64,000 nt of DNA from a virus. Taxonomy: Duplodnaviria > Caudoviricetes. The stretch's first letter is position 1. Each line of letters starts with the position of its first letter. The translations under genes and the position numbers were made by a program. The notes below the pieces were generated by a model that was given only the letters and a program-made list of their open reading frames with translations, was not told the origin of the DNA and searched no databases. The stretch lies in the IMG/VR virus record IMGVR_UViG_3300032123_000052, positions 96,001 through 160,000 of that record; one strand, 5' to 3'. Positions 36,612-46,418 of the stretch are shown here, in pieces.

Positions 36612-36962
36612 CTAGCCGACACCTTTATCCCAGGCGCCGGCGGCTTTTACAAATTTGTCGTACTGATCACCAAGTAACGCACGAACCATATGGTCCATAG
36701 CAAAAGCTTTACGCTCGCTTTCTTGGGCAGTACCGTAATCCATCGCTATTTTAAGCGCTTTGATGATTCTTCCGGTAGGTTCACCTATTTGAAAAGGATC
36801 GATGCCAAGTGCGTCAATGCAACCAACATAGCATATACCAGTTCGTGTGCATTTGAGGCAATCGTGCGGCTCCTCATTATTGAAGTGCTTGTTTTCAACC
36901 TTTATATCAGCAGCTTCCTGATGCATTTTAAGCCCGTTTCCTGGACCAGCATTCTCATTCAT
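36612..36962 (-). CDS. hypothetical protein
   Basis: Coupled ORF. Confidence 0.65.
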   Translation of the reverse strand: MNENAGPGNGLKMHQEAADIKVENKHFNNEEPHDCLKCTRTGICYVGCIDALGIDPFQIGEPTGRIIKALKIAMDYGTAQESERKAFAMDHMVRALLGDQYDKFVKAAGAWDKGVG

Positions 36963-37327
36963 ACTGAAACCTCCACATCAGGTTTTTTCTCCCTTACCAA
37001 CTTATCCCGCATAAGGCGCTCAGTTATCAGCGCTTCAAGAAGAATCAAATAATTTATCGCATCACCGATTTTATCATCAAGCCATTTTTGATTGATGTAA
37101 TCGTAATTATCAGCTTCGATATCACGGATACCATCGAACACTGACAAATTATGCTTCTCGGCCATTCCGTGCAATGCAAATTCCGGTGTTTCATGCTTGC
37201 GCATCCCGATTTCTTTAAAATGATGTAACCGATCCTCGCGCCCATACCCTTTGCCTTTACTGGCAAGAATAGCTAGGCTTTTCTCTATACGCTGTTTTAC
37301 CAGAGCATCAAAAGTGGTATCGTCCAA
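36959..37327 (-). CDS. all-alpha NTP pyrophosphatase-like (MazG/DUF1599-like) protein
   Basis: K...Y...DRL..F and W..DKIGDAINYL.LL pattern. Confidence 0.5.
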   Translation of the reverse strand: MDDTTFDALVKQRIEKSLAILASKGKGYGREDRLHHFKEIGMRKHETPEFALHGMAEKHNLSVFDGIRDIEADNYDYINQKWLDDKIGDAINYLILLEALITERLMRDKLVREKKPDVEVSV

Positions 37328-37339
37328 ATTATCCTCCTT

Positions 37340-37687
37340 TTATTTTTTTTTGTAATAATCAATAATATCTTTAAGGGATTTCATTCCCTTCTTTGCAACA
37401 AATCCCACAATCTCATCAAAATAATCCATCCCTTTAGGATCATGGTACAACTCGTAATACTTATCACCATCCATGAAGAAATGGTCAGTGCTTGACGACC
37501 TAATAACGAATAGGTGGTGTTTATCAATATATTTACAATAATCCACCCAGTCGATAATAGGGTCGCCTGTATCGAACTTTATTGTCTTTTTTCCAACTTT
37601 CAAGTCGAACGATTTGTATGATGATTGACTTTTATCATCATAATCTACTGATAGGAATCCCTGTTGGTTCATGGCATTCTTTCGCAT
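37340..37687 (-). CDS. hypothetical protein
   Basis: ORF in operon. Confidence 0.6.
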   Translation of the reverse strand: MRKNAMNQQGFLSVDYDDKSQSSYKSFDLKVGKKTIKFDTGDPIIDWVDYCKYIDKHHLFVIRSSSTDHFFMDGDKYYELYHDPKGMDYFDEIVGFVAKKGMKSLKDIIDYYKKK

Positions 37688-38037
37688 TCCGGGATTTGGT
37701 GCACTACACCATCACAGTCAGGGTAAGGACACTTTTTGTGTATGTCTGTATAAAACCCGAGACAATCTCCGAAACATTTTCCACAGGTAAGAACAATAAG
37801 CTCATGAAATTTAAGAGGACGCATTGCATTAAAAGTTTTCTCAATACACTCTCTTTTCTTATCAATGTTACCACCATCACTAATTCGTGGGCCCCCTGTT
37901 CTACATGTGGCACATTGAAGAAAATATTCTATTTGAGCATTATTGTCTATATATTCGCGTTTTAACTCCATCTCCCCACTGCAATATATGCAATAATATT
38001 TAACTTCAGGCAAACTTTCTTCTGCTTTTTCTGTCAT
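37669..38037 (-). CDS. zinc-finger protein (Lar-like N-terminus)
   Basis: CIYC...CATC..GP plus a second Cys cluster. Confidence 0.55.
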   Translation of the reverse strand: MTEKAEESLPEVKYYCIYCSGEMELKREYIDNNAQIEYFLQCATCRTGGPRISDGGNIDKKRECIEKTFNAMRPLKFHELIVLTCGKCFGDCLGFYTDIHKKCPYPDCDGVVHQIPECERMP

Positions 38038-38047
38038 TTTATTCTCC

Positions 38048-38638
38048 CTATTTTATTCTGAATACAGGCTTTATCCATGGCTCCTGAACGAGCCGATAAA
38101 ATTCTTCTTCAGTCGGTGTTGGCACTACCACGTCGGTTCCTTCCCAACGAAGGTATCCACCTTTCGATTCCATCCCAACCTTCTTAGTCTCCTTGTCAAT
38201 CATACGTTTTGAATACTCAACCGGGCCAGTACGGAACATAACCATCAAGCCATAGTTGTCTCGAGTAACCATGTATAGGTTAATTGTGATATCATGTTCA
38301 GGATGAAGCCTCTGAGTGTATTTGCCTTTCAGCGGATCGCCCTTCATCCTCAACCATGAGTTGACTAACTTTACAAACCCGTCAACACGAACAGGACCAA
38401 AAGTAAAGAGATCTGTATCCATATTAATAGTTTTCGGGATGCAAACAATGTCAATACTCTTTACTTTACTTCGATCACGCCTGAGATCGCCAACAATACA
38501 CAAACCCTTCTCCTCGCAATGGTGATACAAGCTGATGCATATTTCCTGGGCAATCTTTTTTGCCTCTTCTCTCAAAATGTATCCCGGATCAAGCTTCTTC
38601 ATTTGAGCCACGCCTCCTTTTGTCTGCTGGCCATTCAA
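38048..38638 (-). CDS. minimal PolX-family protein with degenerate active site
   Basis: VGDLRR, KSIDIV, INLYMV, FRTGP and PTEEEFY..V..PWI.P..R motifs. Confidence 0.8.
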   Translation of the reverse strand: MNGQQTKGGVAQMKKLDPGYILREEAKKIAQEICISLYHHCEEKGLCIVGDLRRDRSKVKSIDIVCIPKTINMDTDLFTFGPVRVDGFVKLVNSWLRMKGDPLKGKYTQRLHPEHDITINLYMVTRDNYGLMVMFRTGPVEYSKRMIDKETKKVGMESKGGYLRWEGTDVVVPTPTEEEFYRLVQEPWIKPVFRIK

Positions 38639-38969
38639 AGTCTTCAGGGGTCATAGGTTCTTCTCTTTCAAAAAAGAATGATAGCGCATACCCATGAGTA
38701 TCGTATCCCATCGCAATCATTATATTCTCTACTTCACCCTGAATATCAGTGTAGAAAAAGAACTCCTCATCATCCCAGGTATGTGCCCTGATACCGCTGT
38801 GTGGGAGCACATAGGTTTTATCAGGGGTATCATCGACAACAGGCAGTTTTTTCTGCTCGAGGAATAGTCCTTCCTTCCCGGCTGTTTCGATAAGCCCCTT
38901 TCTATCTTCTTCGTTTATTGTTTGTTGATATGCCAATATCTCTATTATCTTCAGTAATGTTTGCTTCAT
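38589..38969 (-). CDS. hypothetical protein
   Basis: GGAGG RBS. Confidence 0.65.
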   Translation of the reverse strand: MKQTLLKIIEILAYQQTINEEDRKGLIETAGKEGLFLEQKKLPVVDDTPDKTYVLPHSGIRAHTWDDEEFFFYTDIQGEVENIMIAMGYDTHGYALSFFFEREEPMTPEDFEWPADKRRRGSNEEA

Positions 38970-39000
38970 TATTATCCTCCGTCCAAATTTTGTTTAGCAT

Positions 39001-39567
39001 TTATTTTATAAATTTTTCTATCATCGCCATAGTGACTTCAGGCAAATTCATTCCGGTGTAACGAATTACCTGCGGGTGCTTAAGGCGTTTATTGTAGTCA
39101 TGGGCAGGCATTATGACGAGCCCTCTTGGTCTCCATTTCAACCACCCTTCTATATAATCCTGATAGTCATCAACTAGTATATTGCCGTACACCTGGCTTT
39201 TATTACGGGTGATGGTGATGTCAACATCCTCACCGAGATGTGTGTCTACCCACATCTTTTTTCCCATCCATGACTTTGGATTCCTTTTCGGCCCCTGGGT
39301 TAATACCATTCTCTGGAATCCTATATTTCCAGCAACTGTCCAAATGTCCATACCGAGCTTAAATGTTTTAAGACCAGTCCACCAACTTGCTTTAGAGCGT
39401 ATTAAATCCATTCTCGCCCTCAAATATGTTGGGTGGTTTTTTCTTGACAACACGGTAATAACATCTTCATTTGGCGATCTCAGACCCTCTAAACTTTTGA
39501 GTAGCGCCTGATCATAATCACACAACGTTCCATCAAGATCAAATAGTGCAATATTATCTGATTTCAA
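39001..39567 (-). CDS. HAD-family 5'(3')-deoxyribonucleotidase-like
   Basis: FDLDGTLCD motif I, LT, K..W, ILVDD motif IV. Confidence 0.8.
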   Translation of the reverse strand: MKSDNIALFDLDGTLCDYDQALLKSLEGLRSPNEDVITVLSRKNHPTYLRARMDLIRSKASWWTGLKTFKLGMDIWTVAGNIGFQRMVLTQGPKRNPKSWMGKKMWVDTHLGEDVDITITRNKSQVYGNILVDDYQDYIEGWLKWRPRGLVIMPAHDYNKRLKHPQVIRYTGMNLPEVTMAMIEKFIK

Positions 39568-39665
39568 TATTCTTCTCCTTTATATAAAAATAGGGTGGCG
39601 GCCGCCTTGGTAGTATAAAGCCGGAGGATAAATGGCTTAATCGCTACCAGCCACCACCCTTCTGA

Positions 39666-40055
39666 TCAATTCGGCTCACCTTCGAACTCGAGTATCCATA
39701 CTCTCGAGTCACTCATGTTCTCCCTTTCCCGATCAACACGTTGCCACTCTTTGAAAATAGCGGGTTCGCCATCGTCTTCAAGAAGAAATGATGATTCTAA
39801 TCCCTCCTGCAGCATCAAACAGAAAAAAGGAATTTGGCCTTTATGTTTCAATAACCATTCGTAAATAACCAGCGCGTCAACACATATCGCCTCTTTCGTG
39901 GGTTGAGGCGATTTGGCTTTTTTAGCACGTTTTGGGATCGAAAATTTTATTACTTCTTCAATTACGTCCATTAATTTAGGCATTTGGTAATCCTCCGACA
40001 ACAACAGGTTGTATTGTAAAAGACCCATCTTTCGAACAGGTCTCGGTAAACTCAT
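39666..40055 (-). CDS. hypothetical protein (likely start MPKLMDV)
   Basis: ORF in operon. Confidence 0.55.
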   Translation of the reverse strand: MSLPRPVRKMGLLQYNLLLSEDYQMPKLMDVIEEVIKFSIPKRAKKAKSPQPTKEAICVDALVIYEWLLKHKGQIPFFCLMLQEGLESSFLLEDDGEPAIFKEWQRVDRERENMSDSRVWILEFEGEPN

Positions 40056-40401
40056 TCAATATTTTATTAAATTCATGTGCCGCAGTAAGGATAGATATAA
40101 CGTTCTGTGCAGGTTCACTCATAATCATATCAGCCTTAAAGATGTCGATAGCGCATTTTAACATCTCTTTCTTTGCATATTTCTGATCATAATCATGGTC
40201 AGCAACCCTAAGAATCCACGGATATGTATACACCATCTTGAGAATGTGCATAAGTGCTGGATCTGGTTTGCTTTTCTTCATTTCTTTTTTAATTGTGCCC
40301 TGGTCGAGATCGAGAGCGCGCTCAACACTCGATTCGTTATGTCCAAGCTCACGTTCTATTGCCGCCCACAGTGTTTTCAGCTTTTTATATCTCATAATCA
40401 T
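39976..40401 (-). CDS. putative HTH protein
   Basis: ESSVERALDLDQGTIKKEMK resembles an XRE-type HTH. Confidence 0.5.
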   Translation of the reverse strand: MIMRYKKLKTLWAAIERELGHNESSVERALDLDQGTIKKEMKKSKPDPALMHILKMVYTYPWILRVADHDYDQKYAKKEMLKCAIDIFKADMIMSEPAQNVISILTAAHEFNKILNEFTETCSKDGSFTIQPVVVGGLPNA

Positions 40402-40419
40402 TCTCCTGCATAATGTTTA

Positions 40420-40854
40420 TTATACGTTCGACAAATCTATCTCAAGGACATCACTGTCTACCAGACCCCTGATGCGCTCAAGCATACTGGCGAAATATGC
40501 AAGTTGCTCCACATCATCTTCATTTTCCGGACATAAATAATTTTCGTCTGTGTATATATCCAGTTCCATAAATTCCTTTTTAGTAAGGATAAAATACTGA
40601 TCATCTTCAGGAAGTTCGCCTTCATCATCCAGAAAACTATACAGCGTTTCAAGCTCCTCAGGGCTGAATTCAGGGTTCCACCTATCAATTCTTATTGCCA
40701 TGTTTCTTACTCCTTTTTGTTTAAGGTAATCAAACTTTGAATGCAAATCTGGTTTCGTCCCATTCATGGATGTTGCAGAAAACATCCTCAACGGGTTTAG
40801 GCTTATTATCACACTTCGCTGAAATATACAAATCTGCACCCTCCATACAATCAA
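40420..40854 (-). CDS. acidic hypothetical protein (likely start MAIRID)
   Basis: GGAG RBS before the internal Met. Confidence 0.55.
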   Translation of the reverse strand: MIVWRVQICIFQRSVIISLNPLRMFSATSMNGTKPDLHSKFDYLKQKGVRNMAIRIDRWNPEFSPEELETLYSFLDDEGELPEDDQYFILTKKEFMELDIYTDENYLCPENEDDVEQLAYFASMLERIRGLVDSDVLEIDLSNV

Positions 40855-40939
40855 CGATTATAAGAAAATTGGAATTGTTCTTCCTAACTGCATTGGTAAC
40901 AGTTTCCATATTGAATGTACCTTCTATACAATAGAACAC
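40730..40939 (-). CDS. hypothetical protein
   Basis: ORF in operon. Confidence 0.5.
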   Translation of the reverse strand: MFYCIEGTFNMETVTNAVRKNNSNFLIIVDCMEGADLYISAKCDNKPKPVEDVFCNIHEWDETRFAFKV

Positions 40940-40972
40940 GCTATCCCCCTTGGTCGATTATTTGACCTAAAC

Positions 40973-41092
40973 TCACTCGTTATCTTCCCTGTCTTCATCT
41001 TCAATTTCGTACCCACATTCCGGACACTGAGTTTCGTTTATCGATATGTCCATATTACATCCCGGACATTCGATGGTATCTTCAGCAGGCAT
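40973..41092 (-). CDS. 39-aa zinc-ribbon peptide
   Basis: MPAEDTIECPGCNMDISINETQCPECGYEIEDEDREDNE read from sequence. Confidence 0.6.
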   Translation of the reverse strand: MPAEDTIECPGCNMDISINETQCPECGYEIEDEDREDNE

Positions 41093-41336
41093 GGTTTGCG
41101 CCCCTTTCTCTTACGAGTAGATATATCGCTCGATATGGGCACTCCCGAACAGGCTCCAGCCTCAGGTTGCCACCACACATAATGTATTGGCCATCGCAGA
41201 AATCTAATGGAAATATCGCAGAATTGGTGCAGGTGGCTGGGTCTGCCAGCTCACATATCTGAACAACATCGTTCTTTTTCTTTGGTTTAGTATGTTTTTT
41301 CGGCATTAAATTATGCCCCTTATCTTCAGCAGGCAT
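41082..41336 (-). CDS. small Cys-rich protein
   Basis: ICEL...C...C.YRAIY; GGAGG RBS. Confidence 0.55.
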   Translation of the reverse strand: MPAEDKGHNLMPKKHTKPKKKNDVVQICELADPATCTNSAIFPLDFCDGQYIMCGGNLRLEPVRECPYRAIYLLVRERGANHAC

Positions 41337-41497
41337 ACCTTGCCTCCTTTTCTATTTTGAGACGATATATAGACCGATATTGACACAGCTTAACATTATC
41401 ATTATCCTCGGGCCCAATACGTATGTAGTGCCATGGACAACTCGCATATCGGAACTATATACCCTTTCGGTTTTGGGTTGATTTTCTTATTAGGCAT
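41326..41497 (-). pseudogene. frameshifted paralogue of ORF 41082-41336
   Basis: MPNKK..PK...VPICEL in one frame and LCQYRSIY..AC* in another; 172 nt span. Confidence 0.5.
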
Positions 41498-41780
41498 TAA
41501 ATTGCACTCCTTCCAATTTGATTAGTTTCGAATCTCTGAGAAGATGACGCATGCCTCCCCCATCTTTTGACTCTGCAGTATCATCCCAATTAGCGATAAC
41601 ACCATATACAGAGAATCCTTCGTTTTTGTCGCAATGAGCTTTCGCTTCTTCAAATGTCTGCCACACACCCCCGCCGGGATAATCATTTGTTCTCCCCTGC
41701 TTGATTACCCGGTCCTGTGATAAGAAATACCTTTCGTAATCGAGCGTGAAGCCAATTGTATAAATAATATCATTAGGCAT
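41490..41780 (-). CDS. hypothetical protein
   Basis: Coupled ORF. Confidence 0.65.
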   Translation of the reverse strand: MPNDIIYTIGFTLDYERYFLSQDRVIKQGRTNDYPGGGVWQTFEEAKAHCDKNEGFSVYGVIANWDDTAESKDGGGMRHLLRDSKLIKLEGVQFNA

Positions 41781-42274
41781 TAATCATCGTTCTCCTCATC
41801 AACTCTTTTCTGTTCTTCGAAATAATGATCAACGATTTTTTTGTTATTGTCAGGGTGACTCTCCCATGCTTGACGAGCTTTAAATTTATCGCCACCTATA
41901 TCAGTATACTTATCCACATAATCAATACCATCAGTATCACCATCGAGAGCCAAAATGTCCATATGGCCATCTGCTGTGATATCTTGGATACGGCCGCCTT
42001 TTACATAGATAAATATTCTCCCAGGGCGCTTACGGGCTTTTTCGAGCTCATTCTCGATATACTCGATGTATTCACTATCTTCAGCACAGTAGCTGCATAT
42101 TTTATTATTATCATTAAAATACCCGATGAACTCATCACCAAATTTACGTTGTGACATGCTTATCTCCTTTTTTTTGCTTTGTTCCTTTTTAATTGGATAA
42201 TAATGACATGATTTCTTCGAATGTTTTACGAAATCCAACCGAGCTGAATTTATATTGCATGGCATTTTCTCCAT
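41780..42274 (-). CDS. hypothetical protein
   Basis: ORF in operon; start may be at MSQRK. Confidence 0.6.
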   Translation of the reverse strand: MEKMPCNINSARLDFVKHSKKSCHYYPIKKEQSKKKEISMSQRKFGDEFIGYFNDNNKICSYCAEDSEYIEYIENELEKARKRPGRIFIYVKGGRIQDITADGHMDILALDGDTDGIDYVDKYTDIGGDKFKARQAWESHPDNNKKIVDHYFEEQKRVDEENDD

Positions 42275-42314
42275 TTTTCTCTATTTTTCTCAATTTTACA
42301 GTTTAACATGCTCA

Positions 42315-42671
42315 TCACCAATTGCCCTTTTCTATTGGTAGTGTGAATTTAATCTGGGCACTTTCCGCCTTACGATAGTTTAATGGTATCGGGGCTTTTG
42401 ATAGGGCTATTATCGCAAGCTCTACTGACATCATATTGTCTCCATATGTATCCCAGAAGAATCCTTGTTTAGGCCCGCATGAATACCTTAAAAATGTACC
42501 CTTATGCTTATTTGGATATTTAACTACAACGGTTGGTTTTGTGTCAGCATTAGGATATGGCGGCATGTAATCAGGAATTATTTCACACTCTTTATGCCAC
42601 CTCTGATCCAGAAGTAATTCGATCAGCTTTTTTATGCTGAATTCAGGAATATTAATTGGTTCAATATTCAT
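42315..42671 (-). CDS. hypothetical protein
   Basis: GGAGG RBS. Confidence 0.7.
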   Translation of the reverse strand: MNIEPINIPEFSIKKLIELLLDQRWHKECEIIPDYMPPYPNADTKPTVVVKYPNKHKGTFLRYSCGPKQGFFWDTYGDNMMSVELAIIALSKAPIPLNYRKAESAQIKFTLPIEKGNW

Positions 42672-42704
42672 TGATTTTACCCTCCATTTTGTTAATATTA
42701 TACT

Positions 42705-43148
42705 TTATGCGCGTGGAACGCTCACAGTGCCAAGTATATTTACATCATTGTAAGGCCACGGCTCTTTACAATTTGTTTGAGTAAACCAGTCATGAAGAGG
42801 TTTGTTTGAGAAGGCCTCCTGTTCAGCATTAACAAACGCCTGCCATTCAGGGTCAGTTTTCTCATTCATAGCGTTTGTAATTCTGTCATAATGGTCTTTA
42901 TCAATAAGATTTGCATGCACCTCGTCTGACTCACCCCACATTAACAGATACCCTTCTTTAAAATTTATCACACTGCCCACTTGGTTTTTTTTATTTAGGG
43001 CCTTATTTGCTGATTCTTTTAAACACTCAAGAGTATTTTCGGCTTCTTCAACTTCTGCATCCATTCCCTCTTTTTTAAGATTGGTGATCAATTTTTCTGC
43101 TTCTTCAATCTTCTTTGCGATGTAGCTTAGATCTGTTACTTTTGACAT
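42705..43148 (-). CDS. hypothetical protein
   Basis: ORF downstream of a promoter motif. Confidence 0.7.
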   Translation of the reverse strand: MSKVTDLSYIAKKIEEAEKLITNLKKEGMDAEVEEAENTLECLKESANKALNKKNQVGSVINFKEGYLLMWGESDEVHANLIDKDHYDRITNAMNEKTDPEWQAFVNAEQEAFSNKPLHDWFTQTNCKEPWPYNDVNILGTVSVPRA

Positions 43149-43302
43149 AGGTATCCCTTCTTAATTAAACGTTAATACCGTGGCTGCGATTATAAATCTC
43201 ACTTTTCGTTTTCCATAATAGTTTATAAATATTCCAAATTTATTCTGCTAACATGGACAAATCTGCTGTTTAAACAGACAATATTGCAATAGTTTACCCT
43301 AC

Positions 43303-43336
43303 ATAATAGTTATGCCAGCTTTATCCATAAGATAAC
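43303..43336 (-). promoter_or_regulatory. phage promoter motif copy
   Basis: GTTATC-N13-TGGCATAAC-TATTAT. Confidence 0.65.
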
Positions 43337-43701
43337 CAGCTCTTAAGTTCAGGCTCAACATTCATACCACCAAGATTTTCCATTAATTCAGAGCGCGTAC
43401 TGATAAACAAATCGTCCTTATCAAATAAAAAGTACGAACCTTCATCTAAACTATCTTGACTGTAGCATTCGCCATAATAGAATAATTCTACATTTATCTC
43501 TTTATGGCGAATTGTTAGTTTTAAATCCTCACACCCCATTGCTAATTCATCAAGTATATCTAAAACAGTTTTATCTTTATCATTCCATCCTTTTTTACCA
43601 AATCGATCAACAAGCATCTCTTTTGTAATATTGAATGCATTTATAGAATCTTCATTAATTTGGATAACATATCCAAAGTTAGTAATAAAATCACTGCTCA
43701 T
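43321..43701 (-). CDS. acidic hypothetical protein
   Basis: GGAGG RBS. Confidence 0.7.
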   Translation of the reverse strand: MSSDFITNFGYVIQINEDSINAFNITKEMLVDRFGKKGWNDKDKTVLDILDELAMGCEDLKLTIRHKEINVELFYYGECYSQDSLDEGSYFLFDKDDLFISTRSELMENLGGMNVEPELKSWLSYG

Positions 43702-44101
43702 AAAACCTCCTTATAATTTGTTGCCTGTTCCAGGCATATTGAATATTCTTAGAATCAAAGAACTCTCGGTATTCGTTAAAAAGATGCGTCGAGATGATAC
43801 ACTTTAGCACAACATCGCCATGAGCCCAATGTAAATTAAAAAACTTAATTCTTCCCAAAAAGAAGAATGGAACCTTACGCTCTACTGTTGATAACATTGC
43901 CATTATGCAGAACTCATCTTCCATTATCATAATCGCCTCTACCTGCCTCTTAGGCTCATTTGGGAGATATCTATGTATGTGACCTTCCAGAAGCCCTTTT
44001 GTTATATTCAACACCATTACATCATCATTGTTTTTTAAATATATACTCACATCATAATAGTCCATCCAAATCCTCCCTATTCCCTCACAAGAAAATACCA
44101 A
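43691..44101 (-). CDS. hypothetical protein (likely start MDYYDV)
   Basis: GGAGG RBS. Confidence 0.65.
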   Translation of the reverse strand: MVFSCEGIGRIWMDYYDVSIYLKNNDDVMVLNITKGLLEGHIHRYLPNEPKRQVEAIMIMEDEFCIMAMLSTVERKVPFFFLGRIKFFNLHWAHGDVVLKCIISTHLFNEYREFFDSKNIQYAWNRQQIIRRFYEQ

Positions 44102-44147
44102 GGGCAGGCAGTTTGTGCCAGCCCCTGGTTTTGAGACATAGTGACAC

Positions 44148-44918
44148 CTATTCTACATTCAGCATATGTTCGGAAATTGTATCACCAACAGTTATTGCAT
44201 TGAAACCTTTCAGCTCATGCGAAGCGATAAATGTTAATGCAGAATACAGGCCGAACAGCGTTGCCTGTTCGGTAGCAAGACGAGCGATTACATTGCCCCA
44301 TTTGCTGTGTGGAATCTTTGTATTTTGATAAGCATTGACGATATGGCCGGAATTAAGCTCAATATTGGAAAGCTCCTGAATTCGTGGAGCAACCCTTATG
44401 AGATTGTCAGCGCCGGTCGAGATATTCTCAATAGCATCATCAATCTGCCATGAATCAGCATCATTGTGATAAATAGCAAAATAACCAAACCGTTTGCGTG
44501 AAACAAACTGGTTGGTGCATGCGTAATCACAGGCAAACATTTCCATACCGAATTTTCCACTGCCGTCGTATGCATTGCGCATCATCATTCCAAGATGCAA
44601 CTGGTGGATATCACTATCCTGACCACCAACCACAACCTGGGTAATGGGTGCTTCTGTAATGAAATAATGCGCATACCTCTTACCGTCCCATAGAACTTTC
44701 AGTTCTTTCCATTCATATGGTGAGCGACTCATTATGTTGTCTCCAACATCTTTGGCAATTGAGTTTTTGATAAGCTGCCATCCCGCATGCTGAATACCAG
44801 CTAATCGCCAATCTCCATCGTCATCTTTGACTCGTACGCCTACTTTTGCGACTTCATCTCCGCCAACCTCGACGGGCTCCTGTACCACTTCCGCGAACGG
44901 ATCGCTGAACTTTGCCAT
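44148..44918 (-). CDS. DUF932/DUF945-like protein
   Basis: RNAYDGSG...ACTN motif. Confidence 0.6.
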   Translation of the reverse strand: MAKFSDPFAEVVQEPVEVGGDEVAKVGVRVKDDDGDWRLAGIQHAGWQLIKNSIAKDVGDNIMSRSPYEWKELKVLWDGKRYAHYFITEAPITQVVVGGQDSDIHQLHLGMMMRNAYDGSGKFGMEMFACDYACTNQFVSRKRFGYFAIYHNDADSWQIDDAIENISTGADNLIRVAPRIQELSNIELNSGHIVNAYQNTKIPHSKWGNVIARLATEQATLFGLYSALTFIASHELKGFNAITVGDTISEHMLNVE

Positions 44919-44959
44919 GCATAGCCTTTCTGTTAAAAATATTAATAACTAGTGTACAC

Positions 44960-44993
44960 ATTATAGTAATTCCAGAATAGTTGATTTGATAAC
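44960..44993 (-). promoter_or_regulatory. phage promoter motif copy fused to terminator T-run
   Basis: TTTTTTTTAGCT-GTTATC-N13-TGGAATTAC-TATAAT. Confidence 0.7.
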
Positions 44994-45025
44994 AGCTAAA
45001 AAAAACACAGACCACTCTGCGCTTT

Positions 45026-45559
45026 CTAACCATCTGGAATGCCTAACCAGAGCATCGTAACATCAGACAGGTTGGGTAATTTTAATATATCTTCGATCCT
45101 CATAAACAGCTGCTTGTTGTGTTTGTGGGGTTCTTTATTCTCAAGAGTTCCAATGTATTCCAATGCCTCAAAGACATGACTGTGCGTATTGACTATTACA
45201 TTGTTCTTTTTATATACAAACATTCTGTCTTTTAGAAATACAGTTTTGGTTATAATCAAACCTGTCTCTTCAAACATTTCCTTACTTATTGTTTCCTTGA
45301 GAGAACTTTCCGGCACCACTTTACCAGCAGGAATAGTCCACTTGCCGATCTTGACATGCTTCTGCATTAAAACTTCATTGTTTTTATTTTTAATAACGAC
45401 AGCAACGCCCGAATGGTCCTTCAGGTCTTCTTTGGTATACAGCGCGCTGTACGATTCTCTATGTATCATAATGACTCCAGTATTGTTACACCTCTGTTGT
45501 TTTTGGGTAAAAAAAAGCGCAATACCACTTGCGCTTCTTTCCAGAATAGTTGAAAACAT
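45026..45559 (-). CDS. Nudix hydrolase
   Basis: WTIPAGK...KEMFEETG, slightly degenerate Nudix box. Confidence 0.8.
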   Translation of the reverse strand: MFSTILERSASGIALFFTQKQQRCNNTGVIMIHRESYSALYTKEDLKDHSGVAVVIKNKNNEVLMQKHVKIGKWTIPAGKVVPESSLKETISKEMFEETGLIITKTVFLKDRMFVYKKNNVIVNTHSHVFEALEYIGTLENKEPHKHNKQLFMRIEDILKLPNLSDVTMLWLGIPDG

Positions 45560-46173
45560 TAAACCGTCGAATAATTATACACTATAGTCTTACTGTGTAC
45601 ATTTGGGTTCAACCCAGATTCTATAACAGGTTTATTTGGCTCACCAAGCAGCCTTTTCGCAACTTTTTCATAATACCTCTTATCATAATTGTTGCTTTTA
45701 CTACGAATATCCAGCCAATCTGAAACGACAGATATCGCATTGTCCTCGTCGACAGTTTTAAAGGTGTGGCTGGTAAAGGATTCGCTAAACTCTTCCCGGT
45801 TCATAAACTCAATCTCTGCACCATTAAGCACATTTTCTATCTTTTTCAGATCATCAACTGACATCGCTGACCATGGGCCGCTCATATTCGCCCCGGTACT
45901 TGTAAGCACATCGCCTCTCTCAGGATACCGCTGAAAGATACAGAATATTTCAGGATATTCTTTAGGGGCTTTCATAAAAGAAGCGTTCTGAACTACCCAC
46001 AACAAACCTGTGACAAAGAACATGCGACCATTCTGATCAATTCCCCAACACGCCTTCTTTGGCATTGTTGACCACCTGTCAAGATATCCAGTGCTTCCTG
46101 TTTGTGGGGCGTCAACCTTTGGAATATCGAGTGTATCAATTAACTTTTTTAATTCTTTAATTGTAGCACGCAT
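45559..46173 (-). CDS. hypothetical protein
   Basis: GGAGG RBS. Confidence 0.7.
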   Translation of the reverse strand: MRATIKELKKLIDTLDIPKVDAPQTGSTGYLDRWSTMPKKACWGIDQNGRMFFVTGLLWVVQNASFMKAPKEYPEIFCIFQRYPERGDVLTSTGANMSGPWSAMSVDDLKKIENVLNGAEIEFMNREEFSESFTSHTFKTVDEDNAISVVSDWLDIRSKSNNYDKRYYEKVAKRLLGEPNKPVIESGLNPNVHSKTIVYNYSTV

Positions 46174-46190
46174 ACCATCCTCCTATTAAA

Positions 46191-46397
46191 TTAATTATTT
46201 GGTTTTTTAGTTATTTGGGCTTCAGCCATATCTCTCATTTCTTTAATAATTTCATACGTTTTAATATTAGTAATAGCTTTGTCACATTTGAGCATGAGGA
46301 CACAGGTGTGACATGCGTTAAATCCATTGAGTATAAAGTTTAATGAACACACACTACTATTTGCTCCATGTTTAAACGTCATTTTCGAATCAGGCAT
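46191..46397 (-). CDS. small Cys-containing protein
   Basis: C...CHTC...C. Confidence 0.55.
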   Translation of the reverse strand: MPDSKMTFKHGANSSVCSLNFILNGFNACHTCVLMLKCDKAITNIKTYEIIKEMRDMAEAQITKKPNN

Positions 46398-46418
46398 ACA
46401 ATCTCCAGGTTAATGTTT

